A stretch of 64,000 nt of DNA, from the NCBI GenBank assembly GCA_002407045.1, contig DHKB01000019.1, forward strand, positions 2,944 through 66,943, written 5' to 3'. A program made the translations under genes and the position numbers. The notes beneath the pieces were generated by a model, which saw nothing but the letters and a program-made list of their open reading frames with translations, was not told the origin of the DNA and made no database searches. Origin of the DNA: Candidatus Bruticola papionis. Lineage in GTDB: Bacteria > Vulcanimicrobiota > Xenobia > Xenobiales > Xenobiaceae. This document shows positions 54,066 through 64,000 of the stretch, piece after piece (position 1 is the stretch's first letter; each line of letters begins with the position of its first letter).

Positions 54066-55805
54066 ATGGCTAAAGCTCATACCGCTTTTATTTGCCAAGA
54101 ATGTGGCGCCAAATTTTTACGCTGGCAAGGACAATGTAATGAATGCGGCGCTTGGAATTCGCTAGTGGAAGAAAAAGTTGTGCCCGAAAAACGTAAGTCT
54201 ATGGGCATGACGCTCAACCTAGAGGGGCAAAGTAAGCCTGTGTTGCTCAGCCAAGTTTCCGCCGAAGAAGATCCGCGCTTTTCTACAGGCATACCCGAAT
54301 TTGATCAAGTACTAGGTGGCGGTTTGGTGCGCGGTTCAGTTGTACTTTTAGGTGGCCCTCCAGGAATAGGTAAATCTACTTTACTTTTGCAAGCGGCCAG
54401 CGCTATTGGTACAGCACAAGCACCGGTGCTTTACGTTAGCGGCGAAGAATCTCCCCGACAGATTAAGCTGCGGGCAGAGCGCTTAGGAGTGCGCAGCGAC
54501 AATATTACTATTTATGCGGAAACGGCTCTCGAAGCTGTAGAAAATCTTTTAGAGAAACTCACTCCGCGCTTAGCTATTATCGATTCTATCCAAACCATGT
54601 TTCGCAGCGACTTGGACTCCGCTCCTGGAAGCGTTACTCAAGTGCGCGAGTGTGCCGCCTCTCTTATGCGTTTAGCCAAAAGTAGCGGTTCGGCTATTAT
54701 TTTAGTTGGCCATGTTACTAAAGGAGGGGAGCTAGCCGGGCCGCGTGTGCTGGAGCATCTAGTCGATACGGTTTTAAGCTTCGAGAGCTATGGCTTGCAC
54801 AACATTAGAGCGCTGCGCGGCATAAAAAATCGCTTTGGCAATACGCAAGAGACTGGCTTTTTCGCTATGGAGGCAGAAGGATTGCAATCTATTCCCGACG
54901 CTTCCTCGTTTTTCTTGGCTCAGCGAGCCCAAGATATTACCGGATCGCTGATTTTCCCTTCTTTGGAAGGTACGCGTCCTGTTTTGGTAGAGGTACAAGC
55001 TTTAGCTACAGACAGTTACTCCGCCCAGTTGGGAGCTCCGCCTACACGTCGTTCTGTAGGTGTAGATTTAAACCGCTTGGGCCTTTTGCTGGCCGTATTG
55101 CAAAAACGTCACCCGCAGCTGGGCATTGGTAAATGTGATGTCTACATAAATGTAGCTGGCGGCTTGCGCTTAAATGAACCTGCTTTGGATTTGCCTTTAC
55201 TTTTAGCTATTGCTTCTAGCCGCGCCAATTTAGTTATTCCTCCCGATTGGGCTGCCTTAGGTGAAGTAGGGCTTGGGGGCGAAGTTCGCGCCGTCAGCGG
55301 TCTGGAAATTCGCCTTAATGAGTTGCACAAAATGGGCTTTCGCTGCTGTCTAGTACCAGCTCGTTCTCTCAATCTTAAATCGCATAATTTCCAAATTAAC
55401 GCTAAAGGTTGTTTGCCTAAATCGCTCTCTTCTAAGCCCAGCCCTGAAAAAGTGCTTGAACCTACCGAAGAAGATCCCATCGGCCATCTCACTTTGGGCC
55501 CGCCCATAAATGATGACGCTTTCGATTTCACTCAGTTGGGAAAGAATCCACTATTTAAATCTGCTTCTCAATTGCCAATTCCTACTTCTTCAGCTCAAGA
55601 AACAACTACTTTGCCGGAAAGCTCTCTTGTTCTTAATGTAGATAAAACTAAATGTGATAATGCAGAAATAAGTAAAAATAAACTGCATAATAATGTAAAG
55701 TTACAAATTGTTCCTGTTGAAAATCTGCAGCAAGCTTTGCATATTCTCGGCATAAAAGGCGGTCGCATGAAGAATGAACGTTTCGAAAAGCAAAATCGTT
55801 CTTGA
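54066..55805 (+). CDS. radA: DNA repair protein RadA/Sms with about 100-aa low-complexity insert in the Lon-like domain
   Basis: It has an N-terminal C4 zinc finger (CQECGAKF...CNECGAW), Walker A GGPPGIGKST, a KNRFG motif and a Lon-like C-terminal domain. Confidence 0.9.
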   Translation: MAKAHTAFICQECGAKFLRWQGQCNECGAWNSLVEEKVVPEKRKSMGMTLNLEGQSKPVLLSQVSAEEDPRFSTGIPEFDQVLGGGLVRGSVVLLGGPPGIGKSTLLLQAASAIGTAQAPVLYVSGEESPRQIKLRAERLGVRSDNITIYAETALEAVENLLEKLTPRLAIIDSIQTMFRSDLDSAPGSVTQVRECAASLMRLAKSSGSAIILVGHVTKGGELAGPRVLEHLVDTVLSFESYGLHNIRALRGIKNRFGNTQETGFFAMEAEGLQSIPDASSFFLAQRAQDITGSLIFPSLEGTRPVLVEVQALATDSYSAQLGAPPTRRSVGVDLNRLGLLLAVLQKRHPQLGIGKCDVYINVAGGLRLNEPALDLPLLLAIASSRANLVIPPDWAALGEVGLGGEVRAVSGLEIRLNELHKMGFRCCLVPARSLNLKSHNFQINAKGCLPKSLSSKPSPEKVLEPTEEDPIGHLTLGPPINDDAFDFTQLGKNPLFKSASQLPIPTSSAQETTTLPESSLVLNVDKTKCDNAEISKNKLHNNVKLQIVPVENLQQALHILGIKGGRMKNERFEKQNRS

Positions 55806-55852
55806 GTTCAGACAATATCGTTTGATAGTAAGAATAATAAGGGGCAATATTC

Positions 55853-57121
55853 GTGAAAGTTTTACATACATCTGACTGGCACTTGGGCATTGAATTTAAT
55901 GAACAAAATCGTGACAAAGAATTTGAGCAATTTTTGGCTTGGTTGTTAGAGAAAATTAAGACTGAAGGCGTAGAGGCACTTTTAATTGCTGGTGATATTT
56001 TTGATACTTATCATCCTTCTGTAGCGGCACAAACTCTTTATTACAATTTCCTTGGCGATTTAAATAAGCAAACTACTTGTCGTCACGTAGTTATTACTTC
56101 AGGAAATCACGATTCAATTTCTTACTTGAATGCTGCTAAAAATATTTTGCGCGATCTCAACGTCTACATCGTTTCTGGTAAGCCGACCAATATGGAAGAC
56201 GAGGTGTTGCTTTTAAAAGATGATGTAGAAGAGCCGCAGCTAATTGTTTGTGCCGTTCCTTATTTGCGTCGCGGTGATTTTAATATTGATAGCAAAAAAT
56301 TGAGCGTAGAAGAAGAAAATGAAGAATTTTTGCGCTCTTACAGCCGTCATTACGCCGAAGTTAAGCAAATTGCTGAAGCTAAGCGAGCCGAGTTTTCAAA
56401 AGAAATTCCAGTTATTTACATGGGACATATGTATGTTTGCGGCAGCTGTTTTTGTGATAAGGAGCACGAATCTATTATTGGCAATTTGGAAGGTATTACC
56501 AATTTAGACATAGAGGATAGTGCCGATTATGTTGCTCTAGGCCATTTGCATATGCCTCAATCAGTTTTGCATAAAGACAATTGGCGTTACAGTGGCTCTC
56601 CTTTGCATTTTAGTAAGTCGGAAATAAAAGGCGGCTCTTCTGAGCATAGTTTAAAGTCTGTAGTTATTATCGATTTTGAAGGACGCCAAGCTAAACATAT
56701 TGAGTTGGCTCAAGTTCCGGCTTTTCGTGACATTCGCATTTTACAAAGTAGCGACTCAGAAGAACTTAAGCAATCTTTGCATGATTTTATTAAAGAAAAA
56801 CGCCCAATTTGGGTATTTATAGACTATAGCGGTAAGTATCAGGTTGGCTCCAATTTGTCTTCAGAGTTGCAAGAATTAGTTCGCGGTACCAAAGTTAAAA
56901 TTTTAACTTTTAAGGACGAAGAGTGGAGCAAATTGGCGCTCCAATCCTACTCTTTGCAAAGTGAGCGCCAAGTGGAAGAAATAGGCGCGGCAGAAATTTT
57001 TCAGCAATTTATCGATAAAGAAGCCGCTAACGAAAGTGACGAGCTTAAAAGCTGGATGGAACAAACGTGCCTTGAACTCTTTGAAGAGGTAAAAAACAAT
57101 CGTTATAGCGTTGAAGAATAA
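55853..57121 (+). CDS. sbcD: Exonuclease SbcD (Mre11-like nuclease)
   Basis: Phosphoesterase motifs are DWHLG, GDIFD, GNHD and GHLH. It has a GTG start. Confidence 0.9.
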   Translation: MKVLHTSDWHLGIEFNEQNRDKEFEQFLAWLLEKIKTEGVEALLIAGDIFDTYHPSVAAQTLYYNFLGDLNKQTTCRHVVITSGNHDSISYLNAAKNILRDLNVYIVSGKPTNMEDEVLLLKDDVEEPQLIVCAVPYLRRGDFNIDSKKLSVEEENEEFLRSYSRHYAEVKQIAEAKRAEFSKEIPVIYMGHMYVCGSCFCDKEHESIIGNLEGITNLDIEDSADYVALGHLHMPQSVLHKDNWRYSGSPLHFSKSEIKGGSSEHSLKSVVIIDFEGRQAKHIELAQVPAFRDIRILQSSDSEELKQSLHDFIKEKRPIWVFIDYSGKYQVGSNLSSELQELVRGTKVKILTFKDEEWSKLALQSYSLQSERQVEEIGAAEIFQQFIDKEAANESDELKSWMEQTCLELFEEVKNNRYSVEE

Positions 57122-57153
57122 AAATATAATTGCTGAGGATTGAACTTAAATTT

Positions 57154-60100
57154 ATGAATATCAAAAAATTAACTATTGAAAATATCAATTGTTTAGTCGG
57201 TAAGTGGGAGATAGACTTTGAACACTCCGATTTTGCTGGTCAAAAATTTTTCGCCATTATCGGCAATGTTGGTTCGGGAAAAAGTACAATTCTGGATTCT
57301 GTTTGTTTAGCTTTATATGGTCAAACTCCGCGTTGTGATTCTGGTCAGCCCATTGGAAACTTGGTAAATTCTAACAAAAAAAGTGGTCGAGTTGAAATTG
57401 TCTTTGCTATGGAAGGCCATACCTATTGTAGCTCCTGGTCTTGCACCAAAAATAAAAATCTCAAGACAGAGATGAATTTTTACGAAATAGCTCCAAATGG
57501 CGAGAAAATCGGAGTCCGCAGTGGTTTACGAGAAGTTTGCAACAAAAATGCTCAAATTTTGGGTATGGAATTTACTCAATTTACCCAATCAATTCTTTTA
57601 GCTCAGGGTGAATTTCGCAAATTTTTTGTAGCTGGTACCGACGAAAAAGCCGAATTATTAAGTAAAATTACTGGCAATGAGTTATATAAGCAATTGCCTG
57701 CTTTAGCATCTGATAAAAAGCGAGCACTTGAGCAAGAACTTGAAAATTTGCAAAATAATTCAGATTTTGTAGGTTTATTGGATGAAGCTACTGTTGAAGA
57801 GAAGCGTTGCCAGCAAGTAACTTGCGAAAAACAGAGAGCTGAACTTAAGAATGAGCTAGAAAAAATAGACCAGCAAATTAAACTTTTGACTTCTTGTGCA
57901 GAAACTAAAGAACATAGTCTTAAAGCTGAGCAAAAACTTGCCCAAGCTTTACAAGAACGTGAGATTTGGGCTTCTGAATCAATAAAATTAACTGACGGCG
58001 AGCGAGCTCAATTAGTAGAAAAATTGCACCTTCAATATTGTGTAAGGAAGGATGCACGCCAAAAAATCGACAGACAATGTGCAAATTTAAACGAGCAAAT
58101 TAGGCAAACTGATAAAGCTTACCAAGGAGCTAGGCAAAATTGCGCCAATTGCCAAGTTGGAAATGACCAATGGGCAGAAATTTTGGCTGCGGCCGATAAT
58201 ATCTTTGAACTAGAAAAAAGCAAAATTCAACATTTAGAAAGTTTGCGTCAAACTTGGAAACAAAAAGATCAAGAAATAACCAATATTGAAAATGAGTTTA
58301 AAAGTAACGGAACGCAAGTTGAGAGCAAATTAAAAGAAGTTTCTGTCCTCAGGGAAAGCCTCGAACAAGTCGTTAGCAAAATTTGTCAGCAAATAGCTCA
58401 AAATTATCGACAAGCTGGCGCTATCTTGCAATATAGTTATAACGATTTGGCCGCAGCTATTAACGAGAAAACCGAACAGCAAAAGAAAATTGCCCAGTTA
58501 GAAGAAACAGTAAAAAGCATTTTAGGCGAGCGTACCAAACAAGAATTTGCCCAATTGGAAAGTTCCTTAGCTGATCAAGCTTCGGAATGGCACAAAAATT
58601 CAGAAAAGGCTAATATTTTATCTACTGAAATTGTTAATTTAAGTCAATATCTAGATATTTATCGGGATCGAGAGGCCAATTTGCAAAATAAATTGGTTTT
58701 CCAAAGAGAGCTCGAAGATCAATTAAAGGCAGCTCAGGAGCTCCATAAAACGGCAATTGCCAAATATGAAGCTGTTAAAGAAATAGACGAATTGTCTGGA
58801 TATCGTTTAAAATTGCAAGCTGGCCATAGTTGTCCTTTATGCGGTTCTTTAGAACATCCTTACGCCGGTCAAATTGAAAAGACTTTGCAAGAACAGTTGC
58901 AAAAGGCTGAAGCTTCTAAAAATGAAAGCGAAGGAAAAGTGGCCGATCTGGAACAGAATCTAAAAGATCTTGCCAACCAAGAGTATCAGTTGCAAGCCGA
59001 ATTATTAAGTTTAAAGCGTGACTACGACTCTACTTTATGCAAAATCAGTCAAATTTTAAGGATCGCTAAAGATAACGCGTTATCTGGGAGCGATAAGCTT
59101 ATTTCTTCCGCTTTGGCCAAAATAGAAATAAGTGTGCATAATCTCACGGTTGAGAAGATTGTGGCTGAGCAGTTGCATGATGAAATTGGTATTCTATCCC
59201 AAGCAACTGCTTTTTGTTGCACTCAAGTCGAGCGCATTGCTCAAAAAGCTGCCCAAGATCTGACTAATTACAGAGAACTTAAGCAAAAATTGCAAAGTTT
59301 AGATAGCCAATTAAATTTAGGCAAGCAATTTTTGGAGCTTGGTGAGCAACTACAAGATATTATAAATTTGGCTGGCCCTAGCATTAACGAGGTTGATCTT
59401 TCTTTAATTAAACTTAAAGAAGATACTTTAGATCAAGTTAATCTCAATGAAGCAGATGAAGCGCTTGAGCGAAGCTTAAAAGACGTTGCTTCTTCAAAAG
59501 AAAAGTGCTACCAAACTACAAGCCAGATAGAGATCGCTGAAAATATCCGTTTAAATTTATTGCAAGTAATGGCCGAAAAAGAGCAGAACTTGGCCAAATT
59601 GAGGCAAGAAATACAACTTCTCAAAGAAAATGGTGAAGTTTTAGCGTCTGAATCGGAAAAGAGCTGGCAAAAGTTAGAGCAATTGTGGCAAGAGCAAGAA
59701 ACTACCGAGAGAGAAGCTATCAAAAAGTTACGTAGAACTGGAAATAGAGTCTCGGCCAACTTATTTAGCGAAGCTAATAAGAAATTTAAAGAGCGGCAAG
59801 CTGGCTGGGAAAGAGCTGTTCGAGATAGTCAACTTAAAAGTGTCGACCTTGAAGCTAAATTAAACAGTTTGCAAGAGCAATTGCAAAAAGCTGAAGTTGA
59901 ACGACAAAGAGCTGAAAAAGATTATGCTACAGATAGACAAGCTTTTTACGATAAGCTTCAGGAATTACATTTTGTTGACGAAAATGATTGGCAAGCCAAA
60001 TACTTAAGTGCTGAAGAACTGGCTCAGTTGCGTCGTCAAAAAACGGATCTTGATAGCAATATTAAGAGCGCTGAGGATGCATATGCAAATGCTCAGGCCA

Positions 60101-60918
60101 AATTTGAGGAAGCCAAAACAAAAGCCGAGGCTTGTCAATTTAGCCAAAAAGAATTGTGTGAACGCAGAGATAGCATCAATGCTGAAAATGATAAAGTTTC
60201 CGAGCAAATAGGGCAGTTGAGTGAAATTTTGCAAAAACATGACCAAGCTGCTTTGCATGTAAAAGAGTCGGAGCCCTTGCGCCGTCAGAAAGAAGAGGAA
60301 GTGCGCAAGTGGCGAGCCTTAACTGAAGTTTTGGGAGATAAAAAAGGCAAAAAATTTAATAAGTTTGTACAAGGTTTGACCTTCCGTTTACTTTTAGGGC
60401 GAACCAACGAACGTTTGCGCAATTTAACTGATAGATATGAGCTAGCTATAAAAACTAAAAGCAATGCTGTCAAGGAAAAGGCTAGTAGTGAGTCTGAAGG
60501 TGATAAAGACGCCAAAAGCGAGCTTAACTTGGAATTTTCTGTTATCGATAAATACCAATCTACAACTAGAGATTCGCGCAATCTTTCCGGCGGTGAATCA
60601 TTTTTGGTAAGTTTGGCTATGGCTCTGGCGCTTTCCGATTTGGCCAGTCAACGGCGCGATATAAATTCGCTGTTCTTAGATGAAGGTTTTGGTACCTTAG
60701 ACTCCGAGACTTTGGGCGTTGTTTTGCGAGCTTTAACAGCTTTGGGACGTCAAGATAAAATGATTGGTGTAGTTTCTCACGTAGCGGAAGTTAGTGAAAG
60801 TATCCCCGCTCAGTTGGAATTGAAAAGAAATGGCGACGGCACCAGTAAAATAATTGGCCATTATGTGCAAGTAAACGAAATTTGCGTGGCTGGTAAGACA
60901 TCTTCAAAAGCCAAATAG
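57154..60918 (+). CDS. sbcC: Exonuclease SbcC (Rad50-like SMC ATPase)
   Basis: It has Walker A GNVGSGKST, a long coiled coil with zinc hook CPLCGS, signature LSGGESF and D-loop LFLDEGFGTLD. The ATG at 57154 has a GAGGA RBS. Confidence 0.9.
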   Translation: MNIKKLTIENINCLVGKWEIDFEHSDFAGQKFFAIIGNVGSGKSTILDSVCLALYGQTPRCDSGQPIGNLVNSNKKSGRVEIVFAMEGHTYCSSWSCTKNKNLKTEMNFYEIAPNGEKIGVRSGLREVCNKNAQILGMEFTQFTQSILLAQGEFRKFFVAGTDEKAELLSKITGNELYKQLPALASDKKRALEQELENLQNNSDFVGLLDEATVEEKRCQQVTCEKQRAELKNELEKIDQQIKLLTSCAETKEHSLKAEQKLAQALQEREIWASESIKLTDGERAQLVEKLHLQYCVRKDARQKIDRQCANLNEQIRQTDKAYQGARQNCANCQVGNDQWAEILAAADNIFELEKSKIQHLESLRQTWKQKDQEITNIENEFKSNGTQVESKLKEVSVLRESLEQVVSKICQQIAQNYRQAGAILQYSYNDLAAAINEKTEQQKKIAQLEETVKSILGERTKQEFAQLESSLADQASEWHKNSEKANILSTEIVNLSQYLDIYRDREANLQNKLVFQRELEDQLKAAQELHKTAIAKYEAVKEIDELSGYRLKLQAGHSCPLCGSLEHPYAGQIEKTLQEQLQKAEASKNESEGKVADLEQNLKDLANQEYQLQAELLSLKRDYDSTLCKISQILRIAKDNALSGSDKLISSALAKIEISVHNLTVEKIVAEQLHDEIGILSQATAFCCTQVERIAQKAAQDLTNYRELKQKLQSLDSQLNLGKQFLELGEQLQDIINLAGPSINEVDLSLIKLKEDTLDQVNLNEADEALERSLKDVASSKEKCYQTTSQIEIAENIRLNLLQVMAEKEQNLAKLRQEIQLLKENGEVLASESEKSWQKLEQLWQEQETTEREAIKKLRRTGNRVSANLFSEANKKFKERQAGWERAVRDSQLKSVDLEAKLNSLQEQLQKAEVERQRAEKDYATDRQAFYDKLQELHFVDENDWQAKYLSAEELAQLRRQKTDLDSNIKSAEDAYANAQAKFEEAKTKAEACQFSQKELCERRDSINAENDKVSEQIGQLSEILQKHDQAALHVKESEPLRRQKEEEVRKWRALTEVLGDKKGKKFNKFVQGLTFRLLLGRTNERLRNLTDRYELAIKTKSNAVKEKASSESEGDKDAKSELNLEFSVIDKYQSTTRDSRNLSGGESFLVSLAMALALSDLASQRRDINSLFLDEGFGTLDSETLGVVLRALTALGRQDKMIGVVSHVAEVSESIPAQLELKRNGDGTSKIIGHYVQVNEICVAGKTSSKAK

Positions 60919-60952
60919 AGTTGTATTTGAGTAGCCGGTTTTCTCCTTATTC

Positions 60953-60988
60953 GGCGCTGCTCTTGGGGGAGAAGCGGCGCCATTTTTC
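60953..60988 (+). terminator. Imperfect GC-rich hairpin followed by ATTTTT after sbcC
   Basis: The sequence is GGCGCTGCTC...GAAGCGGCGCC then ATTTTTC. It is a plausible rho-independent terminator. Confidence 0.45.
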
Positions 60989-61105
60989 TAGGGCGAAAAA
61001 TATTTAGCCCTTGCTCAGAAAAAGTCTTCGTTGTAGACTAGGCTCACCGTGTCTTGGAATTTAATTAAACGATCTGATCAATACAAAGCTCAAGAGACCA
61101 TTTTA

Positions 61106-62761
61106 ATGCGTTCGACTGCAGGTGGGGACGTCAGAATCGCCTTGGGCTATCCTAATACCTACGAAGTGGGCATGTCCAACTTGGGTATGCAAGTTGTCTA
61201 TTCTATACTCAACAGTATACCTGGTGTGGTTTGTGAGCGCTTCTTCTTACCTTCCGAAGAGGATATCGAGCTTTATAAACGCAATGGCCGTAGGCTTTTT
61301 ACTTTGGAAAGTCAACGTCCTGTCAGCGAATTTCAAATAGTGGCTTTTACTATTGCCTTTGAGCCCGACTTTGTAAATATCGCTAAAATTTTTGATCTGG
61401 CTGGCTTGCCTTTTACTGCTGAAGAGAGGGCACAGCATGAAAATTGCCCTTTGATTTTGGCTGGCGGAGCTATTTCTCTTTTAAATCCTGAACCAGTTGC
61501 CGATTTTATCGATATTTTTTGTCTTGGTGAAGCCGAACACTTTTTGCCTCAATTTATAGATACTTATCGTCAATGGCAAAAAGAAGAGTGCTCCAGAGGC
61601 TGTCTTTTGGAGCGTTTAGCCTCATTGCGTGGCGCCTATATACCTTCTTTGTGGCATGATTATTATGATGATCAGGGCCATTTTGTCTGCTGTGAGCCAC
61701 GTGAAGGTGCTCCGGAGAATACTATCGAGCGCTTACATTTGTCAGCTTCAGAATATGGAGAGGATTGCCCTCATTCTCAGATTCTTACTGAAAATACCGA
61801 GCTTGGCTACTCCGGTTTGGTGGAAATTTCCCGAGGCTGCGCCTTTAACTGTCGCTTTTGTACTGTAGGTTTTTCTTATCCTAAGATACGCTGGAAGCCT
61901 TTGGACAAAATTTTAGAAGCCATAGAAGAACTTGGCCAATATACCAATAAAGTAGGGCTTATTTCAGCTACTGCCGGTACTTATCCGCACATAGATGCGC
62001 TTTGCCAATATATTATCGGTAAAAAAATGGCCGTAGCTTTTTCATCTTTGCGCGTAGATAGCTTGCCCGATTCTATGTTGCAAGCTCTAGTTTCTGGTGG
62101 CTCTAAAACTATCACTTTGGCTCCAGAAGTTGGCTCCGACGCCTTGCGCAAAGTGGCTAATAAACGCTTTACCGACGCTCAATATTTAGCTACTGCAGAA
62201 AGGGCTTTCGCCGCTGGTGTTGTCAATTTGCGCATGTATTCTATGGTCGGTTTGCCTGGCGAACGTGAAGAACATTTGCAAGCTCTAATCGATTTGGCAG
62301 CTGACACTAGAAAATTACAGATAAAAATGGGCAGAGGCGGCGGCCATATTACTCTTTCTACAGGTCAGCTTATTCCCAAGCCATTTACGCCTTTCCAGTG
62401 GAATAGCGTCTTGGAAAAGGGCAAAGCAGCCAAATCTATACACTATCTTGAACGTGGCGTAAAGCGTATAGGCGGTGTCGAATTTTCCGGGGAGTCGCCT
62501 AAACAAGCTATGATTCAAGCCTTATTGGCTAGAGGCGATCGGCGTTTCTCCAAAGTTATAGCTAGAGTTTATCGCGAACCTTCTTTTAGCGCTTGGCTCA
62601 AAGCTTGTGCGGAAGAGGGTATCGATTACAAGTATGAATTGTATCGCGAGCGTTCCGTAAAAGATGAAGTTTTACCTTGGAGTCATTTAACTCCAGTTGG
62701 CAGCTTAGAGCGTTTGCGTCGCGATGAAGAGCTTACTAGACGTACAGTGGAGTCACTTTAA
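61106..62761 (+). CDS. B12-binding-like domain radical SAM protein (uncharacterised TIGR03960-like family)
   Basis: Its N-terminus is GDVRIALGYPNTYEVGMSNLG. The radical-SAM Cys triad is CAFNCRFC. The ORF can extend to a GTG at 61049. Confidence 0.7.
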   Translation: MRSTAGGDVRIALGYPNTYEVGMSNLGMQVVYSILNSIPGVVCERFFLPSEEDIELYKRNGRRLFTLESQRPVSEFQIVAFTIAFEPDFVNIAKIFDLAGLPFTAEERAQHENCPLILAGGAISLLNPEPVADFIDIFCLGEAEHFLPQFIDTYRQWQKEECSRGCLLERLASLRGAYIPSLWHDYYDDQGHFVCCEPREGAPENTIERLHLSASEYGEDCPHSQILTENTELGYSGLVEISRGCAFNCRFCTVGFSYPKIRWKPLDKILEAIEELGQYTNKVGLISATAGTYPHIDALCQYIIGKKMAVAFSSLRVDSLPDSMLQALVSGGSKTITLAPEVGSDALRKVANKRFTDAQYLATAERAFAAGVVNLRMYSMVGLPGEREEHLQALIDLAADTRKLQIKMGRGGGHITLSTGQLIPKPFTPFQWNSVLEKGKAAKSIHYLERGVKRIGGVEFSGESPKQAMIQALLARGDRRFSKVIARVYREPSFSAWLKACAEEGIDYKYELYRERSVKDEVLPWSHLTPVGSLERLRRDEELTRRTVESL

Positions 62762-62949
62762 TATCACTAATAAATTCCGATCTCAGAAGAAGGAAAAGTA
62801 TGTATACAATAATTTCTCGTCGGTGTGAGGCTATGCCCTCCCAATACATATGTATCTCCCAATTTAATGACGTTTATCGGGAATTACTGGGAGCTAATCC
62901 TAAGCAAGCTGAACTTAATACTGTGAAAATGCGCAAAGAGCGCCTCTCT

Positions 62950-63750
62950 ATGGAAGCTTCCGAGCCGCAGAGCCGATTTGAGCCCTTTGAGCTTAGTTAT
63001 ATAACTTTTCCCAACATAAAAGTACCTCACGCCGTTTCCACACGGCGCGGAGGAGTTAGCAAGGGAGCTTATCAAGGGCTAAATATTGGCTTTACAACTG
63101 AAGACAATCCCGACGACGTCGAAGAAAACAGAAGACGCTTTGCGGCAGCTTCCGGCGTGCCTTTGGCTGCAGTATTGACTATGGTGCATGGTATAGAAGT
63201 TGTACGTGTAAATGGGCCAATTAACAGTCTCACTTTGGGAGATGCTTGCATTACCGACAGGGTGAGTCAGCCGATGATGATTACTACCGCCGACTGTGTG
63301 CCTGTGATCTTATACGATCCTATTCATAAAGCTGTCGGTTTGGCTCATGCTGGCTGGCGTGGTACGGTAGAACGCATTGCCAAAGTTACGGTTGAAAGTA
63401 TGGCTCAGCAATTTGGTAGCGATCCTGAACAATTGCAAGTAGGTATAGGCCCTTCTATAGCTCCTTGTTGCTTTGAAGTTGGCCAAGATGTGGCTCAACA
63501 GTTCTGCGAATCGTTCTCCAATAGTCCATATGGGAAGGATATTGCCTTATTTGAGCGAAAAAGCGGGAGCGTCAGTCGTCATGTCGATCTGTGGTTAGCC
63601 AATTTGGTCGCTTTGCGAGAAGCTGGCGTAAAGGCTGAAAATATTTGCCTCAGCAACGTTTGTTCTGTTTGCCAAGAGAGCTTGTGTTTCTCTTATAGGC
63701 GTGATAAGCGGATAACTGGACGCATGGCTTCGGCCATTATGCTAGTTTAG
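62950..63750 (+). CDS. YfiH/PgeF-family (DUF152) purine nucleoside phosphorylase / peptidoglycan editing factor
   Basis: It has the conserved TADCVPV and HAGWRGT motifs with C-terminal Cys residues. The start is ambiguous (62929 or 62950). The upstream part of the ORF is not typical of the family. Confidence 0.8.
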   Translation: MEASEPQSRFEPFELSYITFPNIKVPHAVSTRRGGVSKGAYQGLNIGFTTEDNPDDVEENRRRFAAASGVPLAAVLTMVHGIEVVRVNGPINSLTLGDACITDRVSQPMMITTADCVPVILYDPIHKAVGLAHAGWRGTVERIAKVTVESMAQQFGSDPEQLQVGIGPSIAPCCFEVGQDVAQQFCESFSNSPYGKDIALFERKSGSVSRHVDLWLANLVALREAGVKAENICLSNVCSVCQESLCFSYRRDKRITGRMASAIMLV

Positions 63751-63945
63751 CTTATCAATTTTGGCTTAGCAGAGCTTTTGTTTGTTGGCAGAGGCATTTT
63801 TTATAGGGCGAAGTGGACAACGCCAAATAGGAATTGCGGTTCCCTCAAGCTGCTTATCGTATTGTTGGTAGGCAGCAGTTCACGTTTATTTATATAAAAA
63901 ATCCGGTTCTGCTGTAATGTATCTCTGTGGGAGGAGCATAAATAT

Positions 63946-64000
63946 ATGGCTAAAGAGTTAATCCTGGTTGTTGATGATGAGGCCAACATTGTCTCGCTCT
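63946..64000 (+). CDS. Response-regulator receiver domain protein, 5' end only (runs off window)
   Basis: MAKELILVVDDEANIVSL is a classic receiver-domain N-terminus. A GGAGGAG RBS lies 7 nt upstream. Confidence 0.5.
   Translation, partial: MAKELILVVDDEANIVSL

Noticed and set aside
63781-63885. Possible direct repeat TTGTTGGCAGAGGCA / TTGTTGGTAGGCAGC upstream of the response-regulator gene.
   Set aside because: Only about 10/15 identity and no further support. Too weak to call a regulatory repeat.
1-64000. Search for CRISPR arrays, rRNA or tRNA genes.
   Set aside because: No regularly spaced direct repeats of 25-40 bp, no rRNA-like conserved stretches and no cloverleaf-like sequences were recognised in any intergenic region. 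The longest intergenic gaps are under 350 bp.

Overview
This 64 kb window is a chromosomal segment from an anaerobic, moderately low-GC bacterium, dense with genes on both strands. Shine-Dalgarno-type ribosome binding sites, an [FeFe]-hydrogenase, an FtsEX/EnvC-type division cluster, an alpha-2-macroglobulin/PbpC pair and lipoprotein signals point to a diderm-like anaerobe. Most of the window is housekeeping: pyruvate kinase (pyk), aspartate aminotransferase, feoABC, hydrogenase, uvrC, ftsEX, and radA-sbcDC. One clear accessory patch lies at about 14.6-24.0 kb. It holds a decayed IS256-family element, whose transposase carries a nonsense mutation and a frameshift. Next to that sits an N-terminal fragment of an IS605-family TnpB. 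An apparently intact Type III restriction-modification system (mod, res) follows. Last in the patch is an orphan DUF4417-like gene in an AT-rich pocket, next to HD-hydrolase and DUF1275 genes. Other notable structure is listed here. Upstream of the operon encoding a HydA-type hydrogenase and a NuoF/GltD-like diaphorase lies a triple 15-bp direct repeat. Three S41 C-terminal-processing proteases sit in tandem downstream of ftsE-ftsX-envC-like genes. A MoxR/DUF58/transglutaminase (Bat-like) cluster has a perfect 18-bp hairpin at the MoxR stop. A large alpha-2-macroglobulin without a canonical CxEQ thioester is paired with pbpC. FeoB, RadA and the transglutaminase carry low-complexity insertions. 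No rRNA, tRNA or CRISPR array was recognised. All calls come from reading the translations and DNA by eye, without searches.
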